Assembly (NCBI RefSeq): GCF_018977255.1
Contig: NW_024704742.1
Span: 89,406,001-89,470,000, forward strand
From: Callorhinchus milii
Lineage: Eukaryota
Reading direction: 5' to 3'
Length of the DNA: 64,000 nucleotides
The first letter of the stretch is position 1; every line of letters starts with the position of its first letter. The position numbers were made by a program, and so were the translations under genes. Of this stretch, positions 13,163 to 26,280 are shown one piece after another. Below the pieces are notes generated by a model. It made no database searches, was not told where the DNA came from, and was given only the letters and a program-made list of their open reading frames with translations.

Positions 13163-14368
13163 GTTCGGAACACCGTGTGTGTGTGTGTGTAGTGTGAGGA
13201 ACACCGTGTGTGTGTGTGTGTGTGTAGTGTGAGGAACACCGTGTGTGTGTGTGTGTAGTAGTGTGAGGAACACCGTGTGTGTGTGTGTAGTAGTGTGAGG
13301 AACACCGCGTGTGTGTGTGTGTAGTAGTGTGAGGAACACCGCGTGTGTGTGTGTAGTAGTGTGAGGAACACCGTGTGTGTGTGTGTGTGGTAGTGTGAGG
13401 AACACCGTGTGTGTGTGTGTGTGGTAGTGTGAGGAACACCGTGTGTGTGTGTGTGTAGTAGTGTGAGGAACACCGCGTGTGTGTGTGTAGTAGTGTGAGG
13501 AACACCGCGTGTGTGTAGTAGTGTGAGGAACACAGTGTGTGTGTGTAGTAGTGTGAGGAACACCGCGTGTGTGTGTAGTAGTGTGAGGAACACCGTGTGT
13601 GTGTGTAGTAGTGTGAGGAACACCGCGTGTGTGTGTGTGTAGTAGTGTGAGGAACACCGTGTGTGTGTGTAGTAGTGTGAGGAACACCGTGTGTGTGTAG
13701 TGTGAGGAACACCGCGTGTGTGTGTGTGTAGTGTGAGGAACACCGCGTGTGTGTGTGTAGTAGTGTGAGGAACACCGCGTGTGTGTGTGTAGTAGTGTGA
13801 GGAACACCGTGTGTGTGTGTGTGTGGTAGTGTGAGGAACACCGTGTGTGTGTGTGGTAGTGTGAGGAACACCGTGTGTGTGTGGTAGTGTGAGGAACACC
13901 GTGTGTGTGTGTGTGGTGTGTGGGAGTGTGAGGAACACGGTGTGTGTGTGTAGTAGTGTGAGCAACACCGCGTGTGTGTGTAGTAGTGTGAGGAACACCG
14001 CGTGTGTGTAGTAGTGTGAGGAACACAGTGTGTGTGTGTAGTAGTGTGAGGAACACAGTGTGTGTGTGTAGTAGTGTGAGGAACACCGTGTGTGTGTGTA
14101 GTAGTGTGAGGAACACCGCGTGTGTGTGTGTAGTAGTGTGAGGAACACCGTGTGTGTGTGTAGTAGTGTGAGGAACACCGCGTGTGTGTGTGTGTGGTGT
14201 GAGGAACACCGCGTGTGTGTAGTGTGAGGAACACCGTGTGTGTGTGTGTGTGTAGTGTGAGGAACACCGCGTGTGTGTGTAGTGTGAGGAACACCGCGTG
14301 TGTGTGGTGTGAGGAACACCGCGTGTGTAGTGTGAGGAACACCGTGTGTGTGTGTGGTGTGAGGAACA

Positions 14369-14399
<31 letters not shown>

Positions 14400-15735
14400 G
14401 TGTGAGGAACACCGCGTGTGTGTGTGTGTGGTGTGAGGAACACCGCGTGTGTGTGGTGTGAGGAACACCGCGTGTGTGTGTGTGTGTGTGTAGTGTGAGG
14501 AACACCGTGTGTGTGTAGTGTGAGGAACACCGTGTGTGTGTAGTGTGAGGAACACCGTGTGTGTGTAGTGTGAGGAACACCGTGTGTGTGTGTTTCTAGT
14601 GTGAGGAACACCGTGTGTGTGTGTAGTGTGAGGAACACCGTGTGTGTGTGTCTAGTGTGAGGAACACCGTGTGTGTGTGTAGTAGTGTGAGGAACACCGT
14701 GTGTGTGTGTAGTAGTGTGAGGAACACCGTGTGTGTGTGTTTCTAGTGTGAGGAACACCGTGTGTGTGTGTTTCTAGTGTGAGGAACACCGTGTGTGTGT
14801 GTCTCTAGTGTGAGGAACACCGCGTGTGTGTGTTTCTAGTGTGAGGAACACTGTGTGTGTGTCTGGTGTAAGGAACACTGTATGTCTAGTGTGAGGAACA
14901 CTGTATGTGTGGTGTGAGGAACTCCATGTGTGTGTGTCTCTCTTGGGTGAGGAACACCGTGTTTGTGTGTGTGTGTGTGTGTCTCGTGCGAGGAACACCG
15001 TATTTGTGTGTGTGTGTGTGTGTGTCTCGTGCAGGAACACCATGTTTGTATGTGTGTCTCTTGTGCGAGGATCGCCGTGTGTGTGTGTCTCTAGTGTGAG
15101 GAACACCGTGTGTGTGTGTCTCTAGTGCAAAGAACACCGCGTGTGTGTGTGTCTCTAGTGCGAGGATCGCTGTGTGTGTGTGTCTCTAGTGCGAGGAACA
15201 CTGTGTGTGTGTGTGTGTAGTAGTGTGAGGAACTCCGCGTGTGTGTGTGTCTCTAGTGTGAGGAACACTGTGTGTGTGTCTGGTGTAAGGAACACTGTAT
15301 GTCTAGTGTGAGGAACACTGTATGTGTGGTGTGAGGAACTCCATGTGTGTGTGTCTCTCTTGGGTGAGGAACACCGTGTTTGTGTGTGTGTGTGTGTGTC
15401 TCGTGCAGGAACACCATGTTTGTATGTGTGTCTCTTGTGCGAGGATCGCCGTGTGTGTGTGTCTCTAGTGTGAGGAACACCGTGTGTGTGTGTCTCTAGT
15501 GTGAGGAACACCGTGTGTGTGTGTCTCTAGTGCAAAGAACACCGCGTGTGTGTGTGTCTCTAGTGCGAGGATCGCTGTGTGTGTGTGTCTCTAGTGCGAG
15601 GATCGCTGTGTGTGTGTGTCTCTAGTGCGAGGAACACTGTGTGTGTGTGTGTGTGTGTCTCTAGTGCGAAGAACACCGTGTTTGTGTGTGTCTCTAGTGC
15701 GGGGAATACCGTACTTGTGTGTGTCTCTTGTGTGA
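13163..15735 (+). repeat. Compound minisatellite: GTGAGGAACACC(G/GCG)-(TG)n-(TAGTA/TCTCTA), roughly 80 units (estimate)
   Basis: Directly visible. Constant core with a variable TG run; more diverged toward the 3' end. Confidence 0.97.
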
Positions 15736-16269
15736 AGAAAACCAGAAGGCAAATTATATTTCCTCCCCCCCCCTCACTCTTCCTCTCACCACCGCATGTT
15801 CTTCGCACGACAGTAACCTGTGGAAACTAACCTGGTGCTGATTCGGGGTTTGCCCTTCTCATGCTTCACTGCTTGCTGTAGCGAAAGTATAATCATTTGA
15901 AAGGAGACAATGATCAATATAAATCAGCAAATTCTTGCATTTTGCTATCACTAATTTTCTAATGATCCATTAATAAAGGGTGGGGCGGGAAGGGAATTCA
16001 GTATTCGTGTATTGACACTTGATGTTTATCTGGTCTGCGACTTTACAGCCACTGCTCGCTCTCCCATCGTGGTTAAAAGCATTGCAGCTGGTTAGCTTAC
16101 TAGCGGAGGTTGAAACAAATTAGGGTCCAGAAGTTTTATGATCTTGGAATTTCTAGGTGTTACATAAAGTGCTTTGGTGTAGAACAATCCAGATGAGATC
16201 AACCCGACTGCTGCAGTGCTTATTTAAATTGTGTTAATCTACATATTGGTTGGTTATAGCATGGGAATT

Positions 16270-16800
16270 CATTGAAAAATCAAGTCCTGACCTTCAATAT
16301 ACACCCAATGGTGTTTTCAGAAACCATTCAGGAGACTGGCCTTTATGTAAGGGTGGCCTTCAAATAAGGATTCATTAAGTCATTAACTGGACCGAAACAT
16401 TTTTAAAAATGTTTTTCCTCGGGCCCTCATGTAGACTCACGCTGGACTCCCAGCACATTTATCAACACTGCCCCACCAGTGAGATGGGAAGTTGTGGACA
16501 TCAAGTGGGCTGCGTTGATAAATGCTCTCAAGAGTCTAGCGTTTACATGTGGATTGTACATGGGCCGTGGAAATTAGTAATGCATTACTGGTAAGTAAAC
16601 TTAAATTCACATAGAGCTGGCTGGTGAAAAGGGTGTTTGTACACTGACGGCTCAAAAAGCAAGTGACCATTGGTTGCATTAGGCAGCTGTTGCTGAATAG
16701 AGGTGGTTTATTATGGAAAATCAGTTGGGACGCTTCTAGGGTGGTGGCTTACAGCAGGTGGTTCCTGAATACAGGTGGTAGCTTAAATGAATATGACTAC
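16270..16800. mobile_element. Possible decayed non-autonomous DNA transposon (pogo/Tigger-like)
   Basis: Repeated AGGTGG subterminal-like motifs at 16700-16780. No clean TIR pair seen. Confidence 0.25.
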
Positions 16801-19599
16801 TCTTAACATTTCAACATTTAGTAGCTTCCAATGCAGATAGTTTGTATGCGTTTGACGCAGTGAATATTGTGGATAGTGAATTACAATTAACTTGATCCAC
16901 AGTAACTGGAGTTTAATTCATTGTTAAATGGAATTGAAGGTAATGTGATCTTCGTAATGACAGACTTCAGTTTTCTTCAAGCCTATTGAAGCTTTATATT
17001 GATATAAAAAGAAATATTTTGACCTTTTGGAGCAGGATTTTGATGTATGCTAGTTTTCAGTGAAAAACATTAACAGCTGATGTGTGTATAGCTTATTTTT
17101 CTGTAAACTTTTGGTGCGTGAAATGAGTAAAGAACAGCCACATCAATTTTGAAAGCTGGACCTTCTGGTGTGCTGGAATTGGATAGGTAGGTTGCATTGC
17201 TGTACTGACAAGTTGTATTTCTTATGATTAGCTTCCAGGTTTGAATATGCATGGCCGAAATGTTGAGCAGAAATTAATCATTAGATTGTCAAGTGAATCA
17301 CCTGAGCCATAGTAGCATCCAGCGGGGCTTAATTAGAACATTTATTTTGGAAGCAGTAGACAATAGATTGCTCCCATCAAAGTGATTAACGCCAGCTCAT
17401 ACATTTTAAAACTAAGGAGTTTTTAAACGAACTGCATCTCTGGATTGGGTTGTAAATCTTAAAAATGATATGGTCAGTAATTATAATAATAATCCTTGCA
17501 TTTGTTATAGCACCTTATCACATCTTCGAGACGTCTCTACACGCTTCACAGAATATACTGGGAATTGCCTGTATACTTTGTGGGTGAATCTTGAACTAAC
17601 CCTTAATTCTAAGGGTTGCTTCAAGATCAAGATGAGGTCCTATCTTCAGTTTTAAAAGTTTATATTTTTTTCTTCCACCCGCCTTTAAAAAGGATAAAAT
17701 GAGGCAGAGGAAAGCTACATGCCAAATTTAATGTTTCAATCTGAAAAGCTGTGATTCTCTACACACTTTCTAGCACTCCACTAATTTGAAATAAGCAGCT
17801 AGAGGTGCAAAATGGTCATGGTTTAAGATGTCAAATAAGGTGGTAACGGACCTCTGTTTGACTTTCAAATCACTTTGTGTAGATTATAGAATTCTAATTT
17901 GTATTTTTCAATATGCTGTCTCTGAAAACTGATCATATTATCGCTATATTAAAACTACAAGGTGCTATGGAACCACTGTCAACGCAGCATTCCCCCCAAA
18001 CTGCATTGGAGAGTCAGCTTGGACTGTGGGCTAAAATCCGGTGTCCCAGAAGCAAGAGTGCTACCAAAGGAGCTAAGGTGACATCTTGGAGATGCTATTC
18101 AAGGGCTGTTGGGGTGGTTTAGAATTTTTGATTATTTACCCAACATTTGAAGTTTGATTATCTCTGGTATGTGGCCAATCTGTTTCTCGCTTAAACTTCA
18201 GAGATTGTTTTTCTCGTTGTGTTCCTACATAAATGATGGTCATTAATTGACTATTATGAAGCTGTTGGTTATGCTGGGTGTATACTATTGTACCCAATTA
18301 TATGGAACAATAATTAGTGTGATATGATGAATGTCTCCCATTGGCATGTAGTCCTAGAATTGATGGCCCTGTGGTCATCCTCTAGTAAAGAGACTTTTAT
18401 TACAATACTCCAAAGGAGATGAATATCTCAGTGCTAAATTTAGGACCAATTTGTTATGTGGGCTTAATGTTAGACTATGAGTCATAAACATGATGTAAAG
18501 GGATGTTATAAAGTGCAATTAAAAACAATTGTAGTAATAGAGAGATTTAATTGTAGGGACAAAAAACATACTTTCAGTAGATATCAAGAAGGTATTGTTT
18601 CTGAGATCTCTAGTTCATTTATGTTGAATAGGATTGTACAATTTTCCAGGTCTTAATGCTGCATCCTAGAATTTAATGTGGTGTTTGTGGCTTCCCTGTA
18701 ATCATTAAGTTGTAAGGTTTAGAATGCTGCAATTTCATGATAGTACATAAATTTTAGTCGAGTCTGATTGGATTGTTCTCGTCTTACAAGGTTGGTTGGT
18801 GTGAAATGTGATAGTGGTACACTAGAGATTGGTCTACAGCAATTTTTCTGCACCTTCACGTCTGGAAACGCTGTTCCTGAATGTGGTGGAGCATTAGTAA
18901 ATGAGCGTATTGAGTCACTGACTGTTGGAGGTGAGCAATTCTACCAATTTTTTAAAAAAAGCTTCTGGAAAGAACAAAGTTGAGTTCGAAACGGGTGGAT
19001 CTTAATTAGGATAGATTGGAGGACCAAGGAGAGCACACACACTTTGATGGTACATTTGGAATTTGGGAAGAACATGGGGGAAATGTCAAAGGAGTAATGA
19101 TAATTAAAGGTTGCAAAAAGTGTTTAGAGCAAACATTGAAGGATTATTCATTTTACAACACATTTTGTATCTTTTCTAGGACTACAGGAGGGTTTGGCGT
19201 ATTCCCAGATACGAGAACAGTATTGAACTTGATATCCTATTAGATAAGGCACTGCCTGGTGCAACATTAGGCTATGTAGACCTGAACTTTGTTCAATTTC
19301 TACTGTTTGGGTTTTATATTTTTTTTCTGATGCACGCTGAATTAGCTGATCTGAGATGGGGCAGAGAGATTCAGAGTGCTTAAAAAATGCCTGAGCATTC
19401 CCTTTATCCCCATATCGAGCAGAGGAAAATTTGCCAAATTTTCCATGTGATTGCTCTCCAGAGATCACTACTGGAAGCTGTGTGTCTGGGTGTCAGGTGA
19501 GGTCATTATGGGACCTGATTATGATCCTTTTTTCCCCTTCCTGCCCCCATGGAGTTGAATTTGCCATCAAAGCTTACACATAAGCCAATTTAAGGAGGT

Positions 19600-21000
19600 A
19601 CTGGAGAGTGATAGACTTGTGAAATTTTCTCAAAAGAGATCAGATGGAAAAAGCCCCTCAGTCTATTTTGTCTTATCCTTCCAGCATACACCCAACCTAC
19701 TCGCTTTCCATCACAGCATCAAGCTCCTAAATGGGTCTAACATCCTGACTTGGACCATCTTTCCTGGTAATTTGTTGCAGTCCATTAATTACCTACTGGT
19801 TAAATAAATACTGTTTGTCTGAAATGGTTTGCCGTTTGCAGCGCTAAACTGGTGTTCTGTTTTGGTGTATTTCAAAATATTGTCCGAGGTTTACTTAATC
19901 TCATTTACAATTTTGCATAATACTTGCATTTACATTTAATATACCTGTATGAGGTCTCCACTTTAATGCAGAAGGGATCTAGTTTGCTAATCCTGGATCA
20001 CAGCTTGTTCCTCTAGTTCTATGGATTATCCTCATTGCTTTCCTCTCGGGCCTTTGTCTTGTTCTGTGGCAACCAGAACTGTAGAAAATATTCTAGGTGT
20101 AGTGTGACCAGAGTGCAGCACAGCTCCAGTATGACTTCTGGGGATCTGAGATCAACTGATTTGGTGATATAACCCACTATCTTATTTGCTGTGTTTGCAC
20201 TCTCACTGTTGACACTGAACAAGGAGTCAGTTAATATCCCTAGATCTCTCAGCTTCCTCCTTGACAAGTCGTAGCTTATAATAATCCTTGCATTGATATA
20301 GTGCCTATATAGTGTCTTAGAGAGTCTCAAAGTGCTTCACAGAATATACTGTAAGTGAATTGACTATATTTTGTGGGTGAAACGTGGCAACCAATTGCGC
20401 ACAGCAATGTCCCACGAACAGTTGTGGATTGAGTGACCAAGTTATTTTTTTAAGGAATTATTACCCTGGAAAAGCGATTCGCCACTTGACTAACAACCGG
20501 GTTCCTACTTACTGCTAGATAAACAGAGGTGTATGGAGTAAGGAAACTTCCCGAACGTTTCGCCCTGCCGGGAATCAAACCTAGGTCCTCTAGTTTGCGA
20601 AGTGAGGGCTCTAACCACTGAGCTACAGGATTCCATGAGATAAATGTATTTAGCTTAGATTAACCCACGTGAGCTATCTTGCATATAACGCATAATATTA
20701 TAATATAGTATCTTACCAGTAGAGTACATGTGCTTCTTATTCATTCTTCCTTTATGTAATACCTTGCAGCTATTTGTATTGAACCTCATTTGCCAGTCCT
20801 TAATCACTCTTTGTATGACCATTGCTGTCTCCTGATTCCACAGTCATTCTCCACCACAGCAAGCACAATGACATCTAGAAATTTCACTATCTTCTACCCT
20901 ATCTTGTTTTTGCAAATCCATTAATGTATGTCAAGTTCCACTTATTACCATCGTCTTCCCCCAATCCCCTCATTTTGATCTAGATCCCTTAATTACTCCC
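19600..21000 (-). mobile_element. Decayed CR1-type LINE ORF2 3' fragment interrupted by a SINE
   Basis: Minus-strand peptide ANKIVGYITKSVDLRSPEVILELCCTLVTLHLEYFLQFWLP resembles the CR1 ORF2 C-terminus. WQMRFNT-like sequence continues beyond the SINE at ~20770-20795. Ends approximate. Confidence 0.6.
20277..20633 (-). mobile_element. tRNA-derived SINE, long form
   Basis: Reverse complement of the copies at 47213 and 59070, including head, body and ATT tail. Confidence 0.9.
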
Positions 21001-23344
21001 TGCTCCAATTTTGAATTGATAAGGGGGTGAGGGGCTTAAGGTCCATTGAATTGGTGAGAAATAAGGAAAATTAGTACCTCTGTAGTTGGATTCACAATGA
21101 AGATGTGCACATTCTATTGGAGATGGAGGGGAAATAATGTTGATGGATTAAAAATTGGAGCCATCAAAATTAAAGGGTGATAACTGGCTGGATATGAGAA
21201 ATGTAAACATTTCCTTTGGGGTTGGGGAAAGGAATATATGATTGATGGATTGCTGTAATACTGTTTTAGTTCACGCTAGAATTAAACTAGAGTTGCAAAT
21301 TTGACATTAGAAGCAATATTTTGGGGGTGAAGGAGTTGAAGTAAAGGAATCTAGTCACCAAGTACAGCCTCTTCCTGTAACTGTTTCAGTAGTTCATCAC
21401 CCTCTGTAAAGAAATAATACTGCCGTATACCTGAAATTCATCAAATTAAATGTGTCTTGTGCATCTGGAAACATTTTTGATTTACTTTCTCTGTTCCAAT
21501 TTTTATCCACCCTCTTGATCCTGCATGAGATATTTATGAGGCTGCAGAGCTCCAGATTGTGTTCTTTCCTGTAGCAGTGGAAATTAGCCTTGCTGCTCCC
21601 CTCTGCACTACCGGTCAAGCAAAGCATTGTTATTATGAATGACTTCCACAAATCTGACACACTGATGCATCATTGCAACACCTAGAAGATGAAAAGGCAA
21701 TGCATCACAAAGAATCCAGTTTAAACTTTAATGCGCCTGCATTCTGCATAGGTGCTGCATGTGCATCAGAATCCAATGTTACATGTACAGCTTTTTCAAG
21801 TTGCTATATAGATGTGCAACAATTTGCATTTATGTAGTGGACTTTGTGTGGGTAGGGTCTCTAAGTGCTTGATCCCAGATAATTGTAACTGATCTAGTAT
21901 CCATGGATAATGAAACTTCCAAACTACCAACTCTTATTGCTCAGTCAGCTTTAATTGGTGGGACGGGTGAAACTGAATGCTACTGGTGGTTCATTCTATA
22001 GAGCGTTGCTGGAAAGAAATGGGCCATTCAACCCAACATATCTGCTGATCGGTGTTTGTACTCCACGTGAGAATCCACCTCCTATTCCCCTCCTACACAC
22101 ATCCATCCCCTTCTCCTTCATGTATACAGTGTGCAGCAAAATGACAGTAGACTTTTATCGTCAATATACTTGACGACTTTTGTTTCCCTTCAGAGATGTG
22201 AATCAATTCAAAATCTCCATTGGCATGTCTTCTGCCATTTTAACTGTCTTCACTCATGATGCAATCTTATATTCATCAGCTGAGATTTTTTGTTGATGCA
22301 TTCTGTTATTAGATTGTCACTTTCTGTAAAACTTTAGCTCTTTAGTACTGCTTGAATCTCTTGGACACTATTTCTAATCAGAGAGGGGAATATTTTAAGA
22401 GGTCGCTATCTAAACACTATTAAGGAAAAGCAAAGATGGCAATTTCCACTGGCCTTGACTAATTTTGCACTCTTGTGATCTTATTTCCAGTGCTCAATCA
22501 AATAAGCCAGTATAGACTTGAGCAATTAAACCACCACACATATTTCCCCATTTATTTCTGTGCCTATGTAGACTTTCAACGGTAATATGCCAGTGCTGTA
22601 ACAGTCTTGCCTGAACAGTTTTAACAATTTAGGAGACTTGAGGGTTTGCAGCAAGAAGATTAATGTGCTAATTTTTCAAGAAAAATATCAGTTGTCCTTT
22701 GAAATGGAAGCTAGGGATATGCATTGCTGGGGTGGGTAGACTTATTCTTGTTGTTTTGCAAATAAGGATCTTTTAAAGCAATTTTTTTCTCAAGTTACTC
22801 TGATTCAGGTTTTCAAGTGCTCCAGCTAATGCAGATTAATCACCACGTACAGGCAACTACAACAGTTTGCTGTGAATTTGCAACACATCTTTAAGTGTGA
22901 AATATTTTGAATTATTGTGAATGTGGTCATCCTCATTTTCAATGTAGTTATGACTACAACATACCAGGCTCCAGAGCTGTTTCTGGAGTGTTGTGTGAGC
23001 ATATTATTCAATAGTCTGGTCCCTTCAAAGATTTGAAGATTCATCTCGCTTTCGACCTTGTTGAGATTGTCCTTGAATTTCTCTGAAAGAGAAGCAATGG
23101 AGACTAACTTTGTTGCCTAAAGTGTATAGTTACTGTATGTACAATATATGATCACAGGAATCTGAAGTGCAGCAATCTCAATAGATTGTAGAGAGTTTGC
23201 AGACATCCTATCTCAATGGTAGGATATTTAGTTGTTGCCATCATTGCTGTGTTTTAGCTATTGACTATAGTAATTTTATTTAAGAACTTGTCCCAAACCC
23301 TCACTGGGATTTTAATGCTCACATAAAATGTGTAAAGTAAAATA

Positions 23345-23515
23345 AATGCATAAATAACAATTGGTCACTCAATCCACGACTCGTCAGCGTGCATTTGGCT
23401 ACTGCGTTTTGCCCCCAAAAATATAGTCAATTCACTTTACAGAATATTCTGCAAAACGCTTTGAAACGTCTTGAACACGTGATGAAGTGCTATATCAAGT
23501 GCAAGGATTATTATT
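23345..23515 (+). mobile_element. SINE 3' half
   Basis: Matches the 3' half of the family (aattggtcactcaatc...gcaaggattattatt). Confidence 0.8.
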
Positions 23516-23811
23516 GTTTTTAGCAGTTGAAGGAGAGTGTGAAACTTGAAGTAAGCTTGAGTGGTCCACCAATAATGGTTTTGATATAGCGCCTTTGGAA
23601 GGACATCTGTCCCAATACCCTTCACAGGATGTACTTTAAAGTACTGTGACGGTTTTGTGGGCAAATGCGGCAGCTAGTTTCCACACAGCATTGTTGTTCA
23701 ATATTCATAATAATCCTTGCATTTGATATAGTGCCTCATCATGTCTTCAAATGGCCATGAAGTGAACGACCAATTTTACTTGGGGGATTATTGGTCAGGC
23801 CATGGGGAGAA

Positions 23812-24497
23812 CCTCGCTCTACCTTACTAAGCCAGTTGGATCCATGGCGTCCTGTTTGACCCTCGACTATCCTGTGCCATGACACCTCTGCAACATTGCC
23901 CGGCTCCGCCACGGTCTCAAACTGCAGGCCGCCAAAACCCTCATACACGCTTTCATTATATCCAGACTTGACTATGTAAACTTCTTGCTTCTCGGCCTAC
24001 CCAACTCCTCCCTCCATAGGCTGTAGATCACCCAGAACTCTGCAGCCCGAGTCCTCTCCCACACCAGGCTCCGAGACCTTTTCACCCCCAACCTCGCCTG
24101 ATTCCGCTGGCTTCCCATCACACAGGATACAGTACAAGATCCTGGTCCTCACCTTCAAGCCCTGCATGGTCTTGCGCCCTGTGACCTCCTACCATCCTGC
24201 TCACTCCCTTCGCTCGGTGGGTTCCGGCCTGCTTCACATCTCCTGCCTCGTTCGCCCCACTATTGATGGGTGGGCCTTCTGGCACTCTGCCCCCACCCTC
24301 TGGAACTCAATCCTGCAGTCCCTCCTCCTCACCCCCTCCCTTGCCTCCTTCAAGATCCATCTCAAGACCCTCCTCTTTGACCATTCTTTCGATCTCCCTG
24401 CTCACCTCTGCCCTCCCTGATCCTGAGCTCGGGACCAAAACTCTTACTGTCCAGCTCCTTGGGACATCCTCCCACCCCGTGAAAGGTGCTTTGTTGT
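23812..24497 (+). mobile_element. L2-clade LINE 3' fragment
   Basis: Encodes TLIHAFIISRLDY and QNSAARVL-like ORF2 motifs; similar to 61850-62490 and has the same tail. Confidence 0.85.
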
Positions 24498-24499
24498 CT

Positions 24500-24710
24500 T
24501 TTTAAGATAGTGCTATGGGCATTTAATATCCACCTAGACAGCCACACTTGGTTTAATGCCTCATCTGAAGGACAGGATCTCTAGCAATGCAGTGCTTCCC
24601 CCAGCACTGAATTGGAATGTTAACTTAGACTACGAGTTCCTCGTCCCAACATGAGGTTTAAACCTACAAACTTCTGGCTTGGAGGTGAAAGTGCTACCAA
24701 CTGAGCTCGG
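24500..24710 (-). mobile_element. 5' part of an older DeuSINE-like element; 3' part at ~23707-23811
   Basis: Reverse complement resembles 56395-56810 (tRNA-like head; gatgag..ttaaac..gtggatattaaa..cccatagcactat block). Confidence 0.65.
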
Positions 24711-25966
24711 CCGACACAGCCTGGTAAAGGCAAAGTCTAAATCGACTGCAAGCTGCACAGAAAAAATTGGGTGGAAATCCCAAAGGTAAAATGTGAATTC
24801 AAGTTGAAACCTTGCCTTGTGTAGAAAATGTTGCTGACTATAGTAGTGTTTGTCATGTTTAAACTTTTGGGAATTGACTGCAGTATTCATTTAGAGCAAT
24901 GTTCTCGAGCCTTTTTGGTTACGTGTGGTAAGGAGTACAAATAAAAGCACTACTTGATGTTCACAAGAACAGTCATTGATGCAGTCTGCAGCATATGGTC
25001 CTGATGCGAATAAACTCAATATGCTGGATCTTTTACTTACAAATGTTTCCAGGCTTGTTGGTGGGATGGAGTTGAATCGATGGGTAGAGTAGTAAGTGGA
25101 GCTGTTCTGGGTTCATTTGCTGCCAACTCTTCCATTTTAATGCTTTTGGTTCTCGTTTCTCAAGCAGGCAGCGAAAGTAAATTAATTGAGCAGAAGCGCT
25201 GAATAAGAAGGTATTAGATCACAACCATTACCGCTGCAGAACAATGCACTTTACCACCACATTTTATTTGTGCAACCCGGCACCTGAAGCAAATGACTAA
25301 TGATGGATTATTTTTCCCACCACCCAAACACTTTCTTTCCCAGACATAATTGGAAACATTCCGTGTGTCTATATGTTTAACTCTTTGACCAAATGCATTC
25401 CACAGAGAAAGCATCACCAGTAGTCAGGGAGCTGTAATGTTCTGTGCAGTATTTTTTCTGTTAAAATGGGGGAATATTTGTTTTCATAAACTCAGTTTAC
25501 AAATTCTCCAGTTGTAGGAGAGCGGTAAGCCTCATTGGCAATTGGCAGCCTCATTTGGTATAGGTGGCTGTTTTGGTTTGCAGTTTAAATTGAAAACGGG
25601 TGGCAGTTCTATCATGATGACATTTGTTTTTTTTTAAAAAAACAATCTGTTCAGCAGACTCAGTATATTTGCATCCATAGCTGGTCCTTGGAGTGCTTTG
25701 AGACTATGATGAGCTCATGGTTGCATCTGTCATTCAAAACTGTCAATGTTGAAGCACTTTTTTTTAGATATCCTTGACGCAGTAATCTGTGGTAACTGCT
25801 GTTGGTGCAATTTGTAGCATTGATGAGAAACGTAAGATGTGTCTGTAAACTAATGCAGTCTGGATGAACTTGTGCTCAAGGTGTCCTGTGTGCAGAGACC
25901 GTGTTGGACTCCCAGTGCATATTGTGCTGCTGCAGAAATGTTCCCTCAATAACACTTTGAATTACA

Positions 25967-26280
25967 GAGTCCTGTAGCTCAGTGGTTAGAGCACTCGCTT
26001 TGCAAGCGAGAGACCCGAGTTCAATTCCAGGCAGAGGGCGAAACCTTGGGCAAGTTTCCTTACTCCACACAGAGCCTAATAATAATCCCTCAAAAAACTA
26101 AAAACAATAATAAATTGGTCATTTTCAATCTATGACTGTTTGTGGGACATTGCTGTGCGCAATTGGCTGCCGCGTTCGCCCACAAATATACAGTCAATTC
26201 ACTTTACAGTGTGTTCTGTGAAGCGCTTTGGGACGTCCTCCCGACGTGAAAAGCGCTATATCAAATGCAAGGATTATTAT
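25967..26280 (+). mobile_element. tRNA(Ala-TGC)-derived SINE, short form
   Basis: A box TAGCTCAGTGG, B box GAGTTCAATTCC, anticodon arm CTCGC-TTTGCAA-GCGAG (25994-26010), L2-like tail. Nearly identical to 63293-63607. Confidence 0.92.

Noticed and set aside
9163..13192. Many overlapping ORFs in the GC-rich region
   Set aside because: Expected by-product of high GC and simple repeats; no recognisable protein.
13051..14758. Three long minus-strand ORFs (465-553 aa, His/Thr-rich)
   Set aside because: All three frames are open only because the CA-rich repeat strand lacks stop codons. Low complexity, no domain.
13163..15735. CRISPR-like array
   Set aside because: The 'spacers' are just TG runs rather than unique sequences, there are no cas genes, and the context is a vertebrate intron.
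25967..26040. tRNA-Ala(TGC) gene
   Set aside because: The anticodon arm and A/B boxes are present, but I see no paired acceptor stem and the sequence continues into a SINE body found many times.
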